Shown: positions 12,174 to 25,320, numbered from the whole stretch's first letter. The stretch is DNA of 63,831 nt, filler included, from Sluysia triapertura (GCA_046118255.1; 5 parts of 5 records of this genome joined end to end with filler, not necessarily neighbours in it), one strand, 5' to 3'. The notes: generated from the sequence alone by a model not told the origin. Numbers and translations: made by a program.

Positions 12174-12273
12174 NNNNNNNNNNNNNNNNNNNNNNNNNNN
12201 NNNNNNNNNNNNNNNNNTTAATTAATTAANNNNNNNNNNNNNNNNNNNNNNNNNNNNNNNNNNNNNNNNNNNN
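12174..12273. other. Artificial assembly linker (44 N + TTAATTAATTAA + 44 N)
   Basis: Exact 100-bp structure with a six-frame stop core; identical at four sites. Confidence 0.97.
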
Positions 12274-12360
12274 TTTGTGATATAAGATTTAATTTGTATA
12301 ATTGTTATATAAAAATATATAGAGATTCAGTTTTATTTGATTTTTAGTTATTAAAGAGGG
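12274..12360 (+). repeat. Interspersed repeat shared with 52195-52320
   Basis: ATATAT(A/C)GAGATTCAGTTT(T/C)ATTTGATTTTT(A/C)GTTATTAA(A/G)GAGGGA occurs at both sites. Confidence 0.7.
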
Positions 12361-13915
12361 AACACAACAGTAAAATTAGTCGGCTTATCACCGACTAAAA
12401 GAGAATATACAGCTTTAATTTCCGTCTTGTTCAATTTCTGATTTTTAATTTCCTAAAAGCATCATAAACTGCTATATAAGTAGTTACATTTTTGCATAAA
12501 GTTAGAAAAAAGAAAAGAGATAGAGCTAAGACTTAAGAAGATTAAAGAAAACTTTCTAGCCGTAAGGACGCTGCTTCAGTTCATCGCTGGATAACGGTGA
12601 AACTGAAGTTATTTCTTTAGCAATCAGCTAAAATCAAATAGGCTAGGAATAAAGGTTAGTGAATTAATTTGTATTTTGTATTAATACGGGTGCGAAAATT
12701 TAAATAAGTTGTCACTCCTAGTTGTGATTTGTCGTAAAGAATAATTTATAATGTCGTTATAGAGAATAATTCGTATTTTTGTTATAAATAGTACTTTGTA
12801 TTGTCGTTATAAAGAATAATTCACACTTTTTAGTTGTGATAATTCATAGAATATAATGAGATTAATAATTGAGTTTTTAATTGATAAAAATAAAGCCACA
12901 ACAAATTGATCTAGTGAGTATTGAATTTAATGAGATTCTATTTAAGTAAATTGAACTGATACTGATTTATTGCAACAGTGTGAATAACTGAAGTTATTGA
13001 ATTCAAAAAAATTAAGCTTTTGTGTCAGTATTTGATTAAATACTTTAGAAATAATTGGATGAGAAAGCATAAAAGGATACTTGAAAATTTTACAACACAA
13101 GTAATAAAACTTCATTACTGCTGATCTGAAGATTCATGTAATAAATTTTGAATTTATTTTATTTTGAAATTAGTTTTTTCGAAGACTTCCTCTTTAATTA
13201 TTTCTTCTTATAATGCAAGCATTTAACCCATAACGTTATTTGGTAATAGCGCTTTTGTCTTCTTTTATTTATTCTTATATGAAGTCCTTTTTTGTTTAAG
13301 CTATTTCTTTTGAATTTCGAATTCTGAAATACTTTCGGTTCAGAATCTTCAAGCTCACTTAATATTGAAGCTGTGATACTTAAACCAAACTTACCTTTTC
13401 TAAACACCCATTATTAAACCTTTACAATCGTTGCACATCGGTAACACCAATGTTTTTCACCCGTGAATTACTTTACTACTACTGTGATTTATTTTCTTTA
13501 ATAATACCAGAATAAACCACATATTACTATTTTTCGATCTCATTCAGTTGAAATTTTAAAAATACAATTAAACATGTTAAGATTTTAAACAAAACGATGT
13601 ACCATTTTTGTTAATACGTTGAATATATATAATCTTATATATATTACAAACAGGTGTATTACTTATGGTACAAACTAATATTTTATATATATCATATATT
13701 CTATATTTGACATGAATTTTAATCATAAATATTTATAATATATATAAAGTAATGATGACACAAATCACGAGTATGTCTAAATCATCAGACTTGTTTCATT
13801 AAAATAAGTATAATATTCTATTTGAAAACAAAACATTATATTTGAGAACAATATCTATAACAATGTTCAACTAAAATTAATTGCTTTTAATAATAATTAC
13901 TTAAAAACAATTGAT

Positions 13916-14674
13916 TTAGAATTCTGTTTTACTGTGCCGATTCATATGAAGTGGTTTCTCGAGAAAATTATATAAAATATTTTTTCTATATATAATATCT
14001 TTTCTTTTTGTAACAGAAACATTATTTTCTATTAAGTGCGATAATCGCTCAATTTCTGAATTAACAAAATCCTGATCTCCTTCTACAACTTTAGCAGCAA
14101 TTCTTAAGTATCTATCTGCTTTGGCTAAGTTTTCCGCATCATTACGCATATATTCTTTGGCAGATTCATCTCTCATTTTAAGTAATAATTTTTGTCTATT
14201 GACTTTACTTCTTTCAGTAGACATTTTTTGAGCTAACTCATTAAAATGATGCAAACAACCTTCTAAAACTAGTCTTAAATTTGTATTCAAAAAAATAAAA
14301 AGCTTCATATTTTCATTGTTCTTTATTCCTTCAAATTTCAAAGGATTTGACATTTTACGATTATTAAACAAAAAATATTCTGGCAATTTAGCTTGTTCTA
14401 TATTATATGTTTTTAAAAACATATTATTTTCATTTCGAGTTACACTAACTGTAAAACAAATAAAGTTATCTAAAAGAACACTCGAATTGCAAATTTCTTT
14501 AAATACTTGTAACGATTTTTCATTTGGATACTTGACATCAAATTTAACAAAAGAATAGTTAAACTTATTTATTAATTTATTAAATACATCCGAATTTATC
14601 TTAACATTTCCAATAATATCAAAACATAAACATGAAATTGGAATAATAAATAGGATAATTAATTTAAAAATCAT
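13916..14674 (-). CDS. ERP29: Endoplasmic reticulum resident protein 29 (ERp29/Windbeutel family), intronless
   Basis: 252-aa ORF with a signal peptide, FVKFDVKYP thioredoxin-like motif, GCLxxFxxLA linker, helical C-domain EIERL...RKNIL..F and a KDEL-like C-terminus KTEF. Confidence 0.9.
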   Translation of the reverse strand: MIFKLIILFIIPISCLCFDIIGNVKINSDVFNKLINKFNYSFVKFDVKYPNEKSLQVFKEICNSSVLLDNFICFTVSVTRNENNMFLKTYNIEQAKLPEYFLFNNRKMSNPLKFEGIKNNENMKLFIFLNTNLRLVLEGCLHHFNELAQKMSTERSKVNRQKLLLKMRDESAKEYMRNDAENLAKADRYLRIAAKVVEGDQDFVNSEIERLSHLIENNVSVTKRKDIIYRKNILYNFLEKPLHMNRHSKTEF

Positions 14675-15305
14675 TTTTTGAAACTAATATAGATACAAAG
14701 TACTATATACAGTAATAGACAAATGAATATATAAATAATATTTATATATTAATATAAATCATGGTAAAACATATTAAGAGTAATAATCTAATGATATTTT
14801 AAATTATTTTTAATGTTTTACCACGTACAATAATTTAAACAAAATACATTAAATTCAAAATTAATTTTTTAAGTTAAAAATTTGTAAAATATTAGTTTAT
14901 TAATTAATTATTTTATCTTAGTATTATCTGATGAAATGTTTATCGTTTGTCTAAAATTAAATGCAGAACTCTATTGCCTAATACAAACACTTCAAATAAA
15001 TAAAACTTGGCTACGCGTAGGATCCACCTTCCTATTTATCTACGTAAATGATTGCTTAACATTTTTCTATACAATACTAAATGAAATGTTAAACTTCTAC
15101 CCATAGTAGTTCTAATATTATTAAATTTTTTTAAAGTTCCGAAATGAGATAATATTTAATAAATGTTACAAAGCACTGAATTATACAATAGATGATTTGA
15201 TTCCATTTGATAATGCAATAATTATAATTGAATAAAAATAAGTTAAAAAATTATTTAATTATTTAAGTTTAATATAAATAAAATTATTTTTTATCCAATC
15301 GAACT

Positions 15306-15427
15306 ATAAATAATTTTGTGCCACTACAAAAAGCTATGCGTATGGGTCGTTTCTCAGTAATGACGTCCGGAATGTTGTAGGCAACCGAATAAACTCCACT
15401 TGGTAGATCTGTAACTATGCCAACCGT
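15306..15427 (-). CDS. Probable terminal exon of an unidentified gene
   Basis: GC-enriched block after a TTTTTAG acceptor, open as TVGIVTDLPSGVYSVAYNIPDVITEKRPIRIAFVVAQNYL*. Upstream exons not resolved; lower coordinate approximate. Confidence 0.4.
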
Positions 15428-18094
15428 CTAAAAATAATATTTTAACATATAAGAATTGCATTAGATAATTTATATTTAAATAACTACATATCATTTTTCT
15501 TTTTTACTATTAACTTTTTCTTGTAAAGTTATCTAATGCAAATTAAATTAACTTTCGAATATTTTCACAACTGAAACAAAGATTTGTCAAAATTTCCTTT
15601 TTTCCTTTACATATAATAAACATATTTTTATTATTTTTAAATATTAAAAATATCATATTCAAATTATGATAGAATTCAATTACCGATTTTTTAAAAATAT
15701 TAACAGAATTAATTACGTTGTTAAAGCACAATAAATTGTTTAAATCTAAATTCCTGATGTAGGAATATTGTAAACTGTAAATAATTAAATTTTTCCTGTA
15801 ATTTAAATAATTAAAATTACTTTTTGTGAACAATTAAAATAATTAGTAAAAATATTAATAATTATTTAATGGATAAAAAAGAAATGAAAATTATATAAAA
15901 TGAAGTAATGAATGAAATTAAATATTTTACATTAATAATAACAAATGATGGATGTTAAATGTTCTAATGGATTCGCAAAAAGAAAATAAATATTTTAATT
16001 GACTAAGATAATGAATTGTTAACTGAGCATAAATATCGTAAACAATTTTAGAAGAGGAACAACAAAAACTCGACAAATTTAATTTCTACTTCTGCTTCGT
16101 CTAAGTTTTCGGATTTCATTAGAAATTATATTACGATTAATTAATTAAGCAGTAAGTTTAATATCTATAAGGTCCCTCTCGATTTCGCGGGAGATATAAA
16201 TTATCACTTAAACTATTTTAATCAAAGTTGGTCATTGACCAATTATAAAATCTCTAAAATTAACGTAAAGAATAAATAAATAAACACGACTTTATAATTA
16301 TTATTATCATTGTTCCTAAATTTTAACTATTTGATTAACGTTTTATTTTTAATTTGAATTTTTTGGTTTAAATGTGTAATTAATTATTTGTCTAATTAGC
16401 TACTTGAATTATTAATTTATTAAATAAACTTTAGTTATTTTAGTTACCTTTATTGTCAAAAGCGAAATAAGAAAAATAATAGAGAAAAAAACTTTTTCTA
16501 AGTTAAAATCCTTTACAAACTATTGTTAAAAAGCTTCGATTAATCAACTTTTATGTAAGTATGCCTCTATAAATTGTGCACTGGGACGGACCCATTTTTA
16601 AGAGAAGTTATTTTGCAAAGTTAAATTATAACGCAGCACTGAAAATAAATACAAAAATAAAAATGGCAATCAATCTATGCCAAAAAAGTTCTGTAAATTA
16701 ATAGCATAAAAAATAGAATAAAAGATGCATTTTAGTGTCAAAAAACATGTGGATAAATATGATACTAAACTGTAAATATTTGAAAATGGTTTGTCAAAGA
16801 ATATTATACTGTGGTTCATCTTAACACGATTTTAATATAAATTAAAAGATATAAAAAAGTATTTAAAATAGCAAAACTGATGAAATAGTTATATGTGAAA
16901 CCAAAAACAATAAAATATAATAATTTGTAACACTCAATAAAACAATATACTTAAAAATAAAAACATTTTAAATAAATCTTGAATATTATAAATATTGCTA
17001 AAGTTAAAATTATATTGGATTTATTTTGTAATATCTGCAACTCATTAAACGATTAAGCAATTTATAAAATAATTTACAAATACCGGTAAGTATTAGGAAT
17101 CAAATATATTCGTCAATAAAACATGAAAAATTCGCTAAAAAGTTAATACTAACAAACACAAACAAATACTAGCTAGCAAGGTGGTACATCAGTAAAATAA
17201 TGTTTATTGTAATTAACTAGTACATCGAGAAAGTTGTTCTATTATGGTTGTACAGCCATAACAGAATATCAAATACATAAGAACTATTATATAGTTAAAA
17301 TATTGAACAGAGGGAAATTGAATATAGAAAGGATCTTATATAATGACAATTTAATAATTATTGGCTATAAATTCTGAACAGAGAATATATATATATATAT
17401 ATAAACAAGAGCACAGTGATATTAAATTATTAAAACTCATTTTGAAGACTAATTCATTCAGGTAGTTAATAGTTTATATTTTACATTTAATTTACTTTTG
17501 GAACCTTTATGACAATTGATTTATTTGAACATTTTACTTCATTGGTGATTTTTCGTAAACTCCTGGAAATTAAAAAATTAAAATAATGCAGAGTTAAAGT
17601 GAAGTATTATTAAAAGATAAAATAAAATATCACAAACCCTGATAAATAGCACTTTGTTTAAGTATTACTTATTGTTATTATATGAAATAAATATTCAATA
17701 AAAGTTTGATTTAGATCTTTATGGAAATATTAGATTCAAACTCATATTGAATTTAGTAGATCCATCTCTGATAATCTAGATATTAGTCATTGAATAATAG
17801 TCCCAAAGTTTAAAATATCAAGGTAAGCGAACTTTATAAATTAAAATCAAGTGAATAAAGATAATTAAACTTAAAAACTTTTAATAAAGTTTTAAAATAA
17901 AATTACAGCATGCAAATTGTTAAATTTAAATTAATTTCAAAAAATTAAACTTGAACTTACTTTTTCATACACTAAAAAGCATAAAACAAATATATTTTGA
18001 AAAGATTTTAAAACACCTTGGTAATGAGCAAAGAAAAGCAAGTCAACAAAGATATAAGAAACATTGCATTTAATTAGCAAGAGGAAAAAAATTA

Positions 18095-18265
18095 TAGATT
18101 GAACTGGAGCATCATAGTGCTCTGTTTTTTGTTTCCGAATTAATTTTATTAATATTATGGATCCGCCTAGAGTACACGTTTTATATTCTCACGAAAGACG
18201 TACTTATAGGATTTAATTAACTTTAACAAAGAAGGCTTCAGTGTATGAAATATTAATTCGATTTT
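18095..18265 (+). repeat. Structured dispersed repeat, copy C
   Basis: GAACTGGAGCA...TGCTCT hairpin, then ATGGATCCGCC...AGGATTT (18157-18214) enclosed by CGAATTAAT/ATTAATTCG. Same layout at 46899-47110. Confidence 0.6.
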
Positions 18266-18934
18266 TATACGCAATACAATAATCTTTTTACGTTTATTAA
18301 TAATTAACACAATATCGTGAAATAAATATGTTATCTACAATTAGCTATAACAGTGTTAAAATAATAAGAATACTACTGAACTTAAAATATTAACGTACTG
18401 GGACTAGTATCACTAAATTAAAAATTATCAATAATCTTCAAAATATCCTTTGGAAATGTTATTTACTAAGTATCAACAATTATCAATTAAAAATTATTAC
18501 GAATATTCAAAAATATCAGAGATAACTAAAATAAGCTCCTCCAAAATCTCTAAATTATTACAGTTGTAAAGATAAAGTATGCGGTTTATATGTATGTAAC
18601 ATATTCTCTACCTTGTATATTTGTTCTTTTAATTGTATGTGCCTAATGAGTATCAATAATTATGCACCAATATTAATTCAGTTAAGCTGTTTAAAAGTTT
18701 TATTCAAAATATTTATCTGTGAATTTTATATTCGTCTATGCTGTTCGAGTATAGTTTACTATTAAAAAGTTTCACTTAGTTTGTCCTTAATATTATGTCT
18801 TGTCTTATAAAAGACGTTGTCTTATCTCACCAAAGCTTTTATTTTATCGCTTAAAAGATTTATTCTCCCTTACAATTATAATTTTCACAATAACTAGTAA
18901 TAAATACATTATCTTTTTCACAATAATAATTTTC

Positions 18935-19410
18935 GTCTGAATGATAATGAATTTTACAATTATTATTTCTTTATAAGGTTATTAAATTTTAATTTCTTAT
19001 TTTTATTCAATCATAATTTAAGATAATTTTAGTCGATCACAATGCTTTTAAATTTTAATATCATATTACTTCTCTCTATTCTATCTAATTTTTAATTTAT
19101 AATGATTTTGTTGGAATATACTTTTTAAATTTTGATTACATATTTAATCCTCCTACTTTAACATTATTTACAAAATGATTTTGATCGAATAGTATGCTCT
19201 TAAATTTTAATTACATATTATTTCTGTCTAATCTTAATTTAGAATGATTTTATTTATATAATCAGTTGTGGTAGTAGAATTTAATATTCATAAATTTTGA
19301 TTTCATGTTTTCCCTATCCATTCTCAATTTAAAATGACTACTCTGTACAGTTTCAAATGATTATTATTTGTTATTAAATTTTGAATTTATATGTAATCTC
19401 AATTTAAAAT
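18935..19410. repeat. Degenerate ~70-90-bp tandem repeat (about 6 units)
   Basis: Recurring AATGATTTT...TAAATTTT(A/G)ATTACATA blocks near 18939, 19023, 19101, 19174, 19243 and 19332. Confidence 0.65.
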
Positions 19411-21099
19411 AGTTATTCTATAAAAACATGATTTCAACATCGAATGTTAAAATTGAGCATCATGTTTACACAGTAATGATTTTATAACTATTATCTTAAG
19501 ATAGTTCCAGATAACAAAAGATTTTAAATTTTTGTAATACACTGCTGATACTTTAGATTAAGTTATAATGATTTTAAAGAGGATTTTATGATTATCTTTA
19601 GGATAGCTAAACATTATCAAATTTTTTAAGTATAGTTTATTCCTTACACCTAAGTAAGGCTAAAATTTAAACTTACATATTTAAATGGAAAAAATTGAAA
19701 TCGAATGTCAATATCTTCTTCAAGCTAAACGTGGACGAATTCGTAAATTACTCTCATTTCTTTTCTGTGACGAATTAGCAAAACCCTAAATTATTTCTTT
19801 TTCTATTAATATTTTAATAATTTTTTTACGTAAGATTTACTAGTTTTTTAAATCCTTGTTTTGTTCCATTTTTGGCACAGTTTCAAACAATATTATATCC
19901 AGAAATTTTATTTCATTTGATACAAAATACTTTTTCTAATATTGTTATTTTTATTCAGGATAGAAAATAAAATTGTTAGTTTATTATTTTTCTAGTATTT
20001 TTATTATCCTTTCAGTGAACATACCAACTTTCAATTATTATTATTTTAGATACAGGTATTAATATTATTTTGGAGTATAATTCAATATCAACAAAGGAAC
20101 GAAGACACGATACGTCAATAAAATAGAAATGAAAAATACAAACTAACACAAGGTCAGAATTAAATTATAAAAATAAATTAATTTATATTGTGATAATGGG
20201 TATTCAAAATCTATTAAAATATTCATTATATTTCTGAAATATAAATAGCTTTGCCTTTTTATAATATTTAACATTTTCTGGTATATTTGCACACTTTCAA
20301 AATTTTAAAGCGAAACCATTTCATATAAGAAATTAGTCATAATCACAAATATACATAGATTAAGATTCTGCATATATTTAAGTACGAAATAAAATTGGCC
20401 TTATTATAGAATTAACTATAGGGAGAGATTAACTGTAGAAAAGATATAGAATGAAATTAGAAATTTAATTGGTTATACATTTTAGTACTTACAAAAATAA
20501 CGATATAAAGTGATGCTTTCAGAAAGAATTCATACAATTAATATACAAATATATAACTAGTATATAACTATTTAATTTCTGGAATCATATGTAAACTGAT
20601 GAATTGGCATTATCGCCATTGGTTCAAACAAGTATGTAACTTTGGATTAACAGCTTTGGAGTTAATTGATTTAAGAGTATCCAGAAGTACACTATCCAAA
20701 AACATATATAATGAAACAAAATATAAATTTTGAATAAAAATAAAAAGGTAGAATTGGAATTTTTGATGTGAAATTAAACAATCACATGGTATTTTTATTG
20801 CAATTTATATTTATATTTTAAGTAATTTAATAAATTTTTTTACAGAGTTAAATACTTAGAAATGAAAACTCTAGCATAAAACTTCAACTCCCATGATACG
20901 AGATTAATTTTAACGTGATTTGAATTAAAACTTTTTTAAAATAAAATATCACACACGTTATAACTTATAACATAATTTTGAAAGAGCAAATGTTTACAAA
21001 TGTTAATAAAGGTCTGAAATTTTAAAAGTAAATCTATTGAATATTTTTTAATTAATAAGATTCATAACATTCATTTATTGCGAAAATAGGATAATACTG

Positions 21100-22350
21100 T
21101 TAGGTTGCCATTACAACTCAACAAAATAAAGCCTTAAAATTATGTAAAACTATTTAAAATCATAAAAAATATTATAAAATCAATTAAAACTAATGAAAAA
21201 CATTTTTTTCCAAAAAAAGAAAACTAGCTTCTATAAATAGCATAGAAGCTTCTAGAATGTTCTAGGACATTCCGTCGATTTTCATTGGACGATGACTAGT
21301 ATATAAACTAGCATCAATACAATGAAAATCGCCATTTGCAAAACAGCCATTTATAAATTTGCTAATTCCAAATTCAATTATTTTCAAATCGGTTAGAGGA
21401 TTTAATTCGCGGCAATATTATCTTTGGATTTCCACAAATTATTCCATAATTCAAGTAATTTGTTTTTTAGGCTTGGTATTAATTTCACTTAAGGAAATTA
21501 ATATCTTAAAACCAACTCAATTTTGAATAACTTTATGCTCAAGGTTCCCCGATATATTTAGGGGCAAAATACACGTAAATTAATTGAAGATATTAAATAC
21601 TTTCATAAGTTCTAATATTAAAATCAGACAATTTGTTTCTATTCTTATTCTACTCTTATTATTTCTTATTATATAACTTAGCCATTCAAATTGTAAATAT
21701 TTGTTTTTAAAATAAAATTTTGTGGTTTTTAGTGAATTCACCTAAGAATTAGTTGACCCTCTTACTATAAAATTAAAAATTCCATTGATTTTGCTTCGTT
21801 TAACTTATCTTGTTGCAGAGGTGCCTTCTTCACGACATAAGACGCTTAATGCAACCGAACCCTGCTCGATTTTCTATTTTGCCGTAGGTTTCGACATAAA
21901 TTTTAATAAAAACATTATTAAAAAACTGTAACAAAATATCTGGTTATATTTAACTTTTTACTTCTTTTTACACAATAAGAAATAATTAATCAACTTTATT
22001 GTTTAAGTATCTTCAAGAACTATTTGATAAAGTATTTATAACGTTAATCAAAGAAATCATTTTTACACATTTTTGTTTAGCAAAAAACTCTATTTTAAAA
22101 CCTTCACATTTCCGACATTATTAAAAATTAACTTTTTTAAAGAAATTATTTCACTTTTTGGTAACCTTAAATAACTGATAAAATAAAATTAATAAATGTT
22201 TCAAGCAACATGATTCTAAATCGAGGATTCCATAATCGATGAATTTTTTTAGTTATAACTTTGTAAGACAAGAAAATGTTACCAGATCAATTAACTTAAG
22301 AATTAATTATTGTGATAACCGATTTAACTACGGACGCATCAATAAATTAT
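21100..22350 (+). repeat. Repeat element carrying a heat-shock promoter and a decayed downstream exon; inverted copy at 33830-34950
   Basis: Colinear matches to the reverse complement of 33830-34950 at the promoter, at TTCCCCGATAT, and at the CGACATAAGACG...TATTTTG(C/T)CGTAGG block (about 21825-21890). Confidence 0.7.
21244..21307 (+). promoter_or_regulatory. Heat-shock element array + CCAAT box + TATA box
   Basis: aGAAgcTTCtaGAAtgTTCtaGGAcaTTCc (21244-21273), ATTGG (21284-21288), TATATAAA (21300-21307). Confidence 0.75.
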
Positions 22351-23695
22351 TTTCTTTACCTAATATTTCAAGAGCACTGTAATCGTCACAGTGTGTATAT
22401 TAATTTTGTTTGAATTCACTTTTTACATTGTTTAAGATGTAATGCATTTTGGCAAACTCAATTACTTATGTGGATAATTTCGAGTCATAAAAGTTTGTTT
22501 CATCCAAAATATTCTAAAATACATGAGTAATATAAATTTAATTGAATATAATTTTACTTAATGAAACCAATTACTAACATTAAAAGAACTTCGGTCTATA
22601 ATTTTTAAAAGATTCATATTACTTCCACCAAATACTATATACTGATCACCAAGCCATTTAGATACGTAGCCCTAAATTAAGAATAAATAAGTAGTATTTG
22701 GATATTTTTTATAAATTATTTTAATTTTTTTAAAAATGAGAATATTTTGTTATAAATCATATTAAGTAACAAATATAAACAATAGAGTTATTAATAACTA
22801 ACCATACTAGCCGAAGTTTTATCTTGTAACGATTTAGATATTGGTTTTGTATAAAGTTGTGAGTGTTGCGTATTTGTGGATGTCTGATTGCTACTAGAAA
22901 ATTCACGAACAGCATCGTCATTAAAGCGCCAAATCTGTACATAAAGAACATCTTATTTACCACAATAATATTTACTATATCATTAAAATATAATTATATT
23001 CATTGTCATGTCTTAAAGATAATATAATCACGCTACAAATCGGATATTGAATTATTAAATTCATTTATGCACCTCATTTATTGAAAGCAGTCATCATTCG
23101 ATTTATGACAAAAAATGGAAGTAATAAGATTTTAATTTCCGCACTTATATAATGAACAATTATTGATTCAATAAAACAAAATGGATTATTTGAGACTTAT
23201 TGTATAGTATATAGTTTATTAAGATATTGTACTAAATAATGGTAACATTAAATCATTTTAATAATAACGTTATTATGATTTCTTTGCAAATAATTTAGGC
23301 TTCAGTAAACTTAATGAATTTTTAAAGTAAAAATTTAATTTAGGAAATGATTGATTCTTGTCAAAATTTAATAATCATATGAATTTATACATAAAAGTTG
23401 AATAATTTATTATAAAAGCTTTATTGTTTGACAAATTTCTAAAATGTTACATTACTTTTCAATTCAATTATTATTTCCGACTTTATGCAAAAAATCACTA
23501 AGACTATTAAAGTATTACTTTTAATGTCTAGTTTTATCCGTTAACAAGACTATTGTTCAATTTATAAATGTCTATCATTAACTGTAAATTCAGTGGATTT
23601 TTATATGAAAATAATTATATTTAATAAATTTCGCTTTTATAATTATTTTTAAAAACAAAATGATTTATCTTATTTTCTTATTTATTAAAATAATA

Positions 23696-23771
23696 TGTTG
23701 GGGTAAAAGGCCTAAAAAAAGTGCCAAGTAGTATAATTGAATATATTAAAAATGAAATTGTTAGACGGGGC
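23696..23771 (+). mobile_element. tRNA-carrying TGTT element, 5' part (cut by the linker)
   Basis: TGTTGGGGTAAAAGGCCTAA...GTGCC...TTGTTAGACGGGGC matches 2841-2911; 5' flank AATA. Confidence 0.75.
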
Positions 23772-23871
23772 NNNNNNNNNNNNNNNNNNNNNNNNNNNNN
23801 NNNNNNNNNNNNNNNTTAATTAATTAANNNNNNNNNNNNNNNNNNNNNNNNNNNNNNNNNNNNNNNNNNNN
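23772..23871. other. Artificial assembly linker
   Basis: 44 N + TTAATTAATTAA + 44 N. Confidence 0.97.
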
Positions 23872-24200
23872 CTAATAATACGTCTCCAAGTTTGGTATAA
23901 AACGTATATATTAGGCGAACCGACCTATCGGATAATTTGTTAAGTATACGAAAATACTAGCACTACATTTAATCGAAAGATTTTATTAAAATTTTAAAAG
24001 ATAACATTTTTGTTGACCCAATTTCTTTCGGAAAGGCACTCATATATATTAAAATCTCCAGTTAAAATTAATCTTTCTAAATCCAACGGCTAGCCCTAAT
24101 AGTTAAGACTAAGTACGTTGGTGAACTCACATTTATTTACTTTTATTCGTGAGTATTTAAAATAAGCTTTAAAATCTCGCAAACCTAAGGCTTCTAGGTA
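23872..24200 (-). repeat. Structured dispersed repeat, copy D (contains both hairpin types)
   Basis: Reverse complement reads GTGAGTTCACCAACG...CGTTGGATTT (24130-24079), then AACTGGAG, then GGTCGGTTCGCCTAATA...TATTAG (23926-23872). Confidence 0.65.
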
Positions 24201-24413
24201 AATAAATAAAGTCGTGCATATTAATGTGATAAACTTTTTTAAAGTGTTAATTTATAAAATTTATTAATTCAGCTAAAATTATGTCATTATTTTTTAATGT
24301 AATGGCTTCATTATTGACATAATGATGTAGAATGAGAAATTTTATCAATGCTAAAAATACAGAAATGATTTTAAGAAAATAAAGCAAAATTTAAAAATTA
24401 AATATTAGATTAA

Positions 24414-24552
24414 CCCTTTGGGTTCATTTGACGAGTACGACTTGTTCTGCGAATAAAATTATATTTTTGTTATTTATAAAATAAATGTATTCTTCATTAT
24501 ATATTACAGTAAAATTAAATGTTAAAGTTCATATAAATGAGGACTCAAAGGA
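24414..24552. mobile_element. piggyBac-type MITE
   Basis: TTAA on both sides; imperfect TIRs CCCTTTGGGTTCATTT / AAATGAGGACTCAAAGGA. Confidence 0.7.
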
Positions 24553-24909
24553 TTAATATCTTATAAGACATTTTTATTAATTTTTATTCTTTTTATATAC
24601 CAAGTTTAAATCTAAATTTAAATTGATTTATTATTTTAATAATTAATGTTCACACAAATGATATTTTCAATTTTAATTTGTTGTCTATTATATGTATAAT
24701 ATACCCTTTCGCGCCTAATGGGTTATGTGCTTGTATTAAATTAAACATATTTTATCGATATAATAATCAATTACTGCAGAATGCTAATTTGAGAAATGTG
24801 ATGAACATCAGAATCGTCAGTACAATAAAGTTACAATAAATAATAAAAAATAAATATATAATAAATAAAAATAAATATATAATATCTAAAAATAAATATA
24901 TAAACTTAC

Positions 24910-24995
24910 TTCGAAGCATTCGCAGTAATTTTTAAGACATGATGATTTTAAACAATTGCAACCTTTACTGTGCTTTTTTCCAACTTCTTTATATT
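24910..24995 (-). CDS. LIN54/tesmin-like CRC-domain gene, exon with the first part of the second CXC domain
   Basis: TTTAG|...|GTAAGT. Translates (E)[28 protein letters not shown], in phase with the upstream exon. Confidence 0.85.
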
Positions 24996-25071
24996 CTAAA
25001 TATTAAATGTAAAATTTACATTTTATATATTACTTATATCATTCAACAAATAATAATTACTATTTACTAAC

Positions 25072-25320
25072 CAATTTTAGAATTAAAGACACTAGGATCT
25101 CTTTCCAAATATAAATTTACTATTTTAGCACGTTCTTCTGCATATTTAATATTGTTTTTGCAATTTATACAACTACAACCATCTGTACAGACATTTCCAG
25201 TTGAAAAACACTCGCAATACAATTTCAAGCATCCAGATTTTGTACACGTACAACTACGATTATTTGATGTATTAGTAATATCATTAATTGATTCGAAATT
25301 AGATCCAGAATTATCAGTGA
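25072..25320 (-). CDS. LIN54/tesmin-like CRC-domain gene, exon with the first CXC domain
   Basis: CTCTKSGCLKLYCECFSTGNVCTDGCSCINCKN plus linker LERDPSVFNSKI; canonical AG and GT at both ends. Confidence 0.88.

Noticed and set aside
16600-20750. Possible multi-exon membrane-protein gene on the minus strand
   Set aside because: Hydrophobic fragments and splice-like sites exist, but frames contain stops and no family could be recognised.
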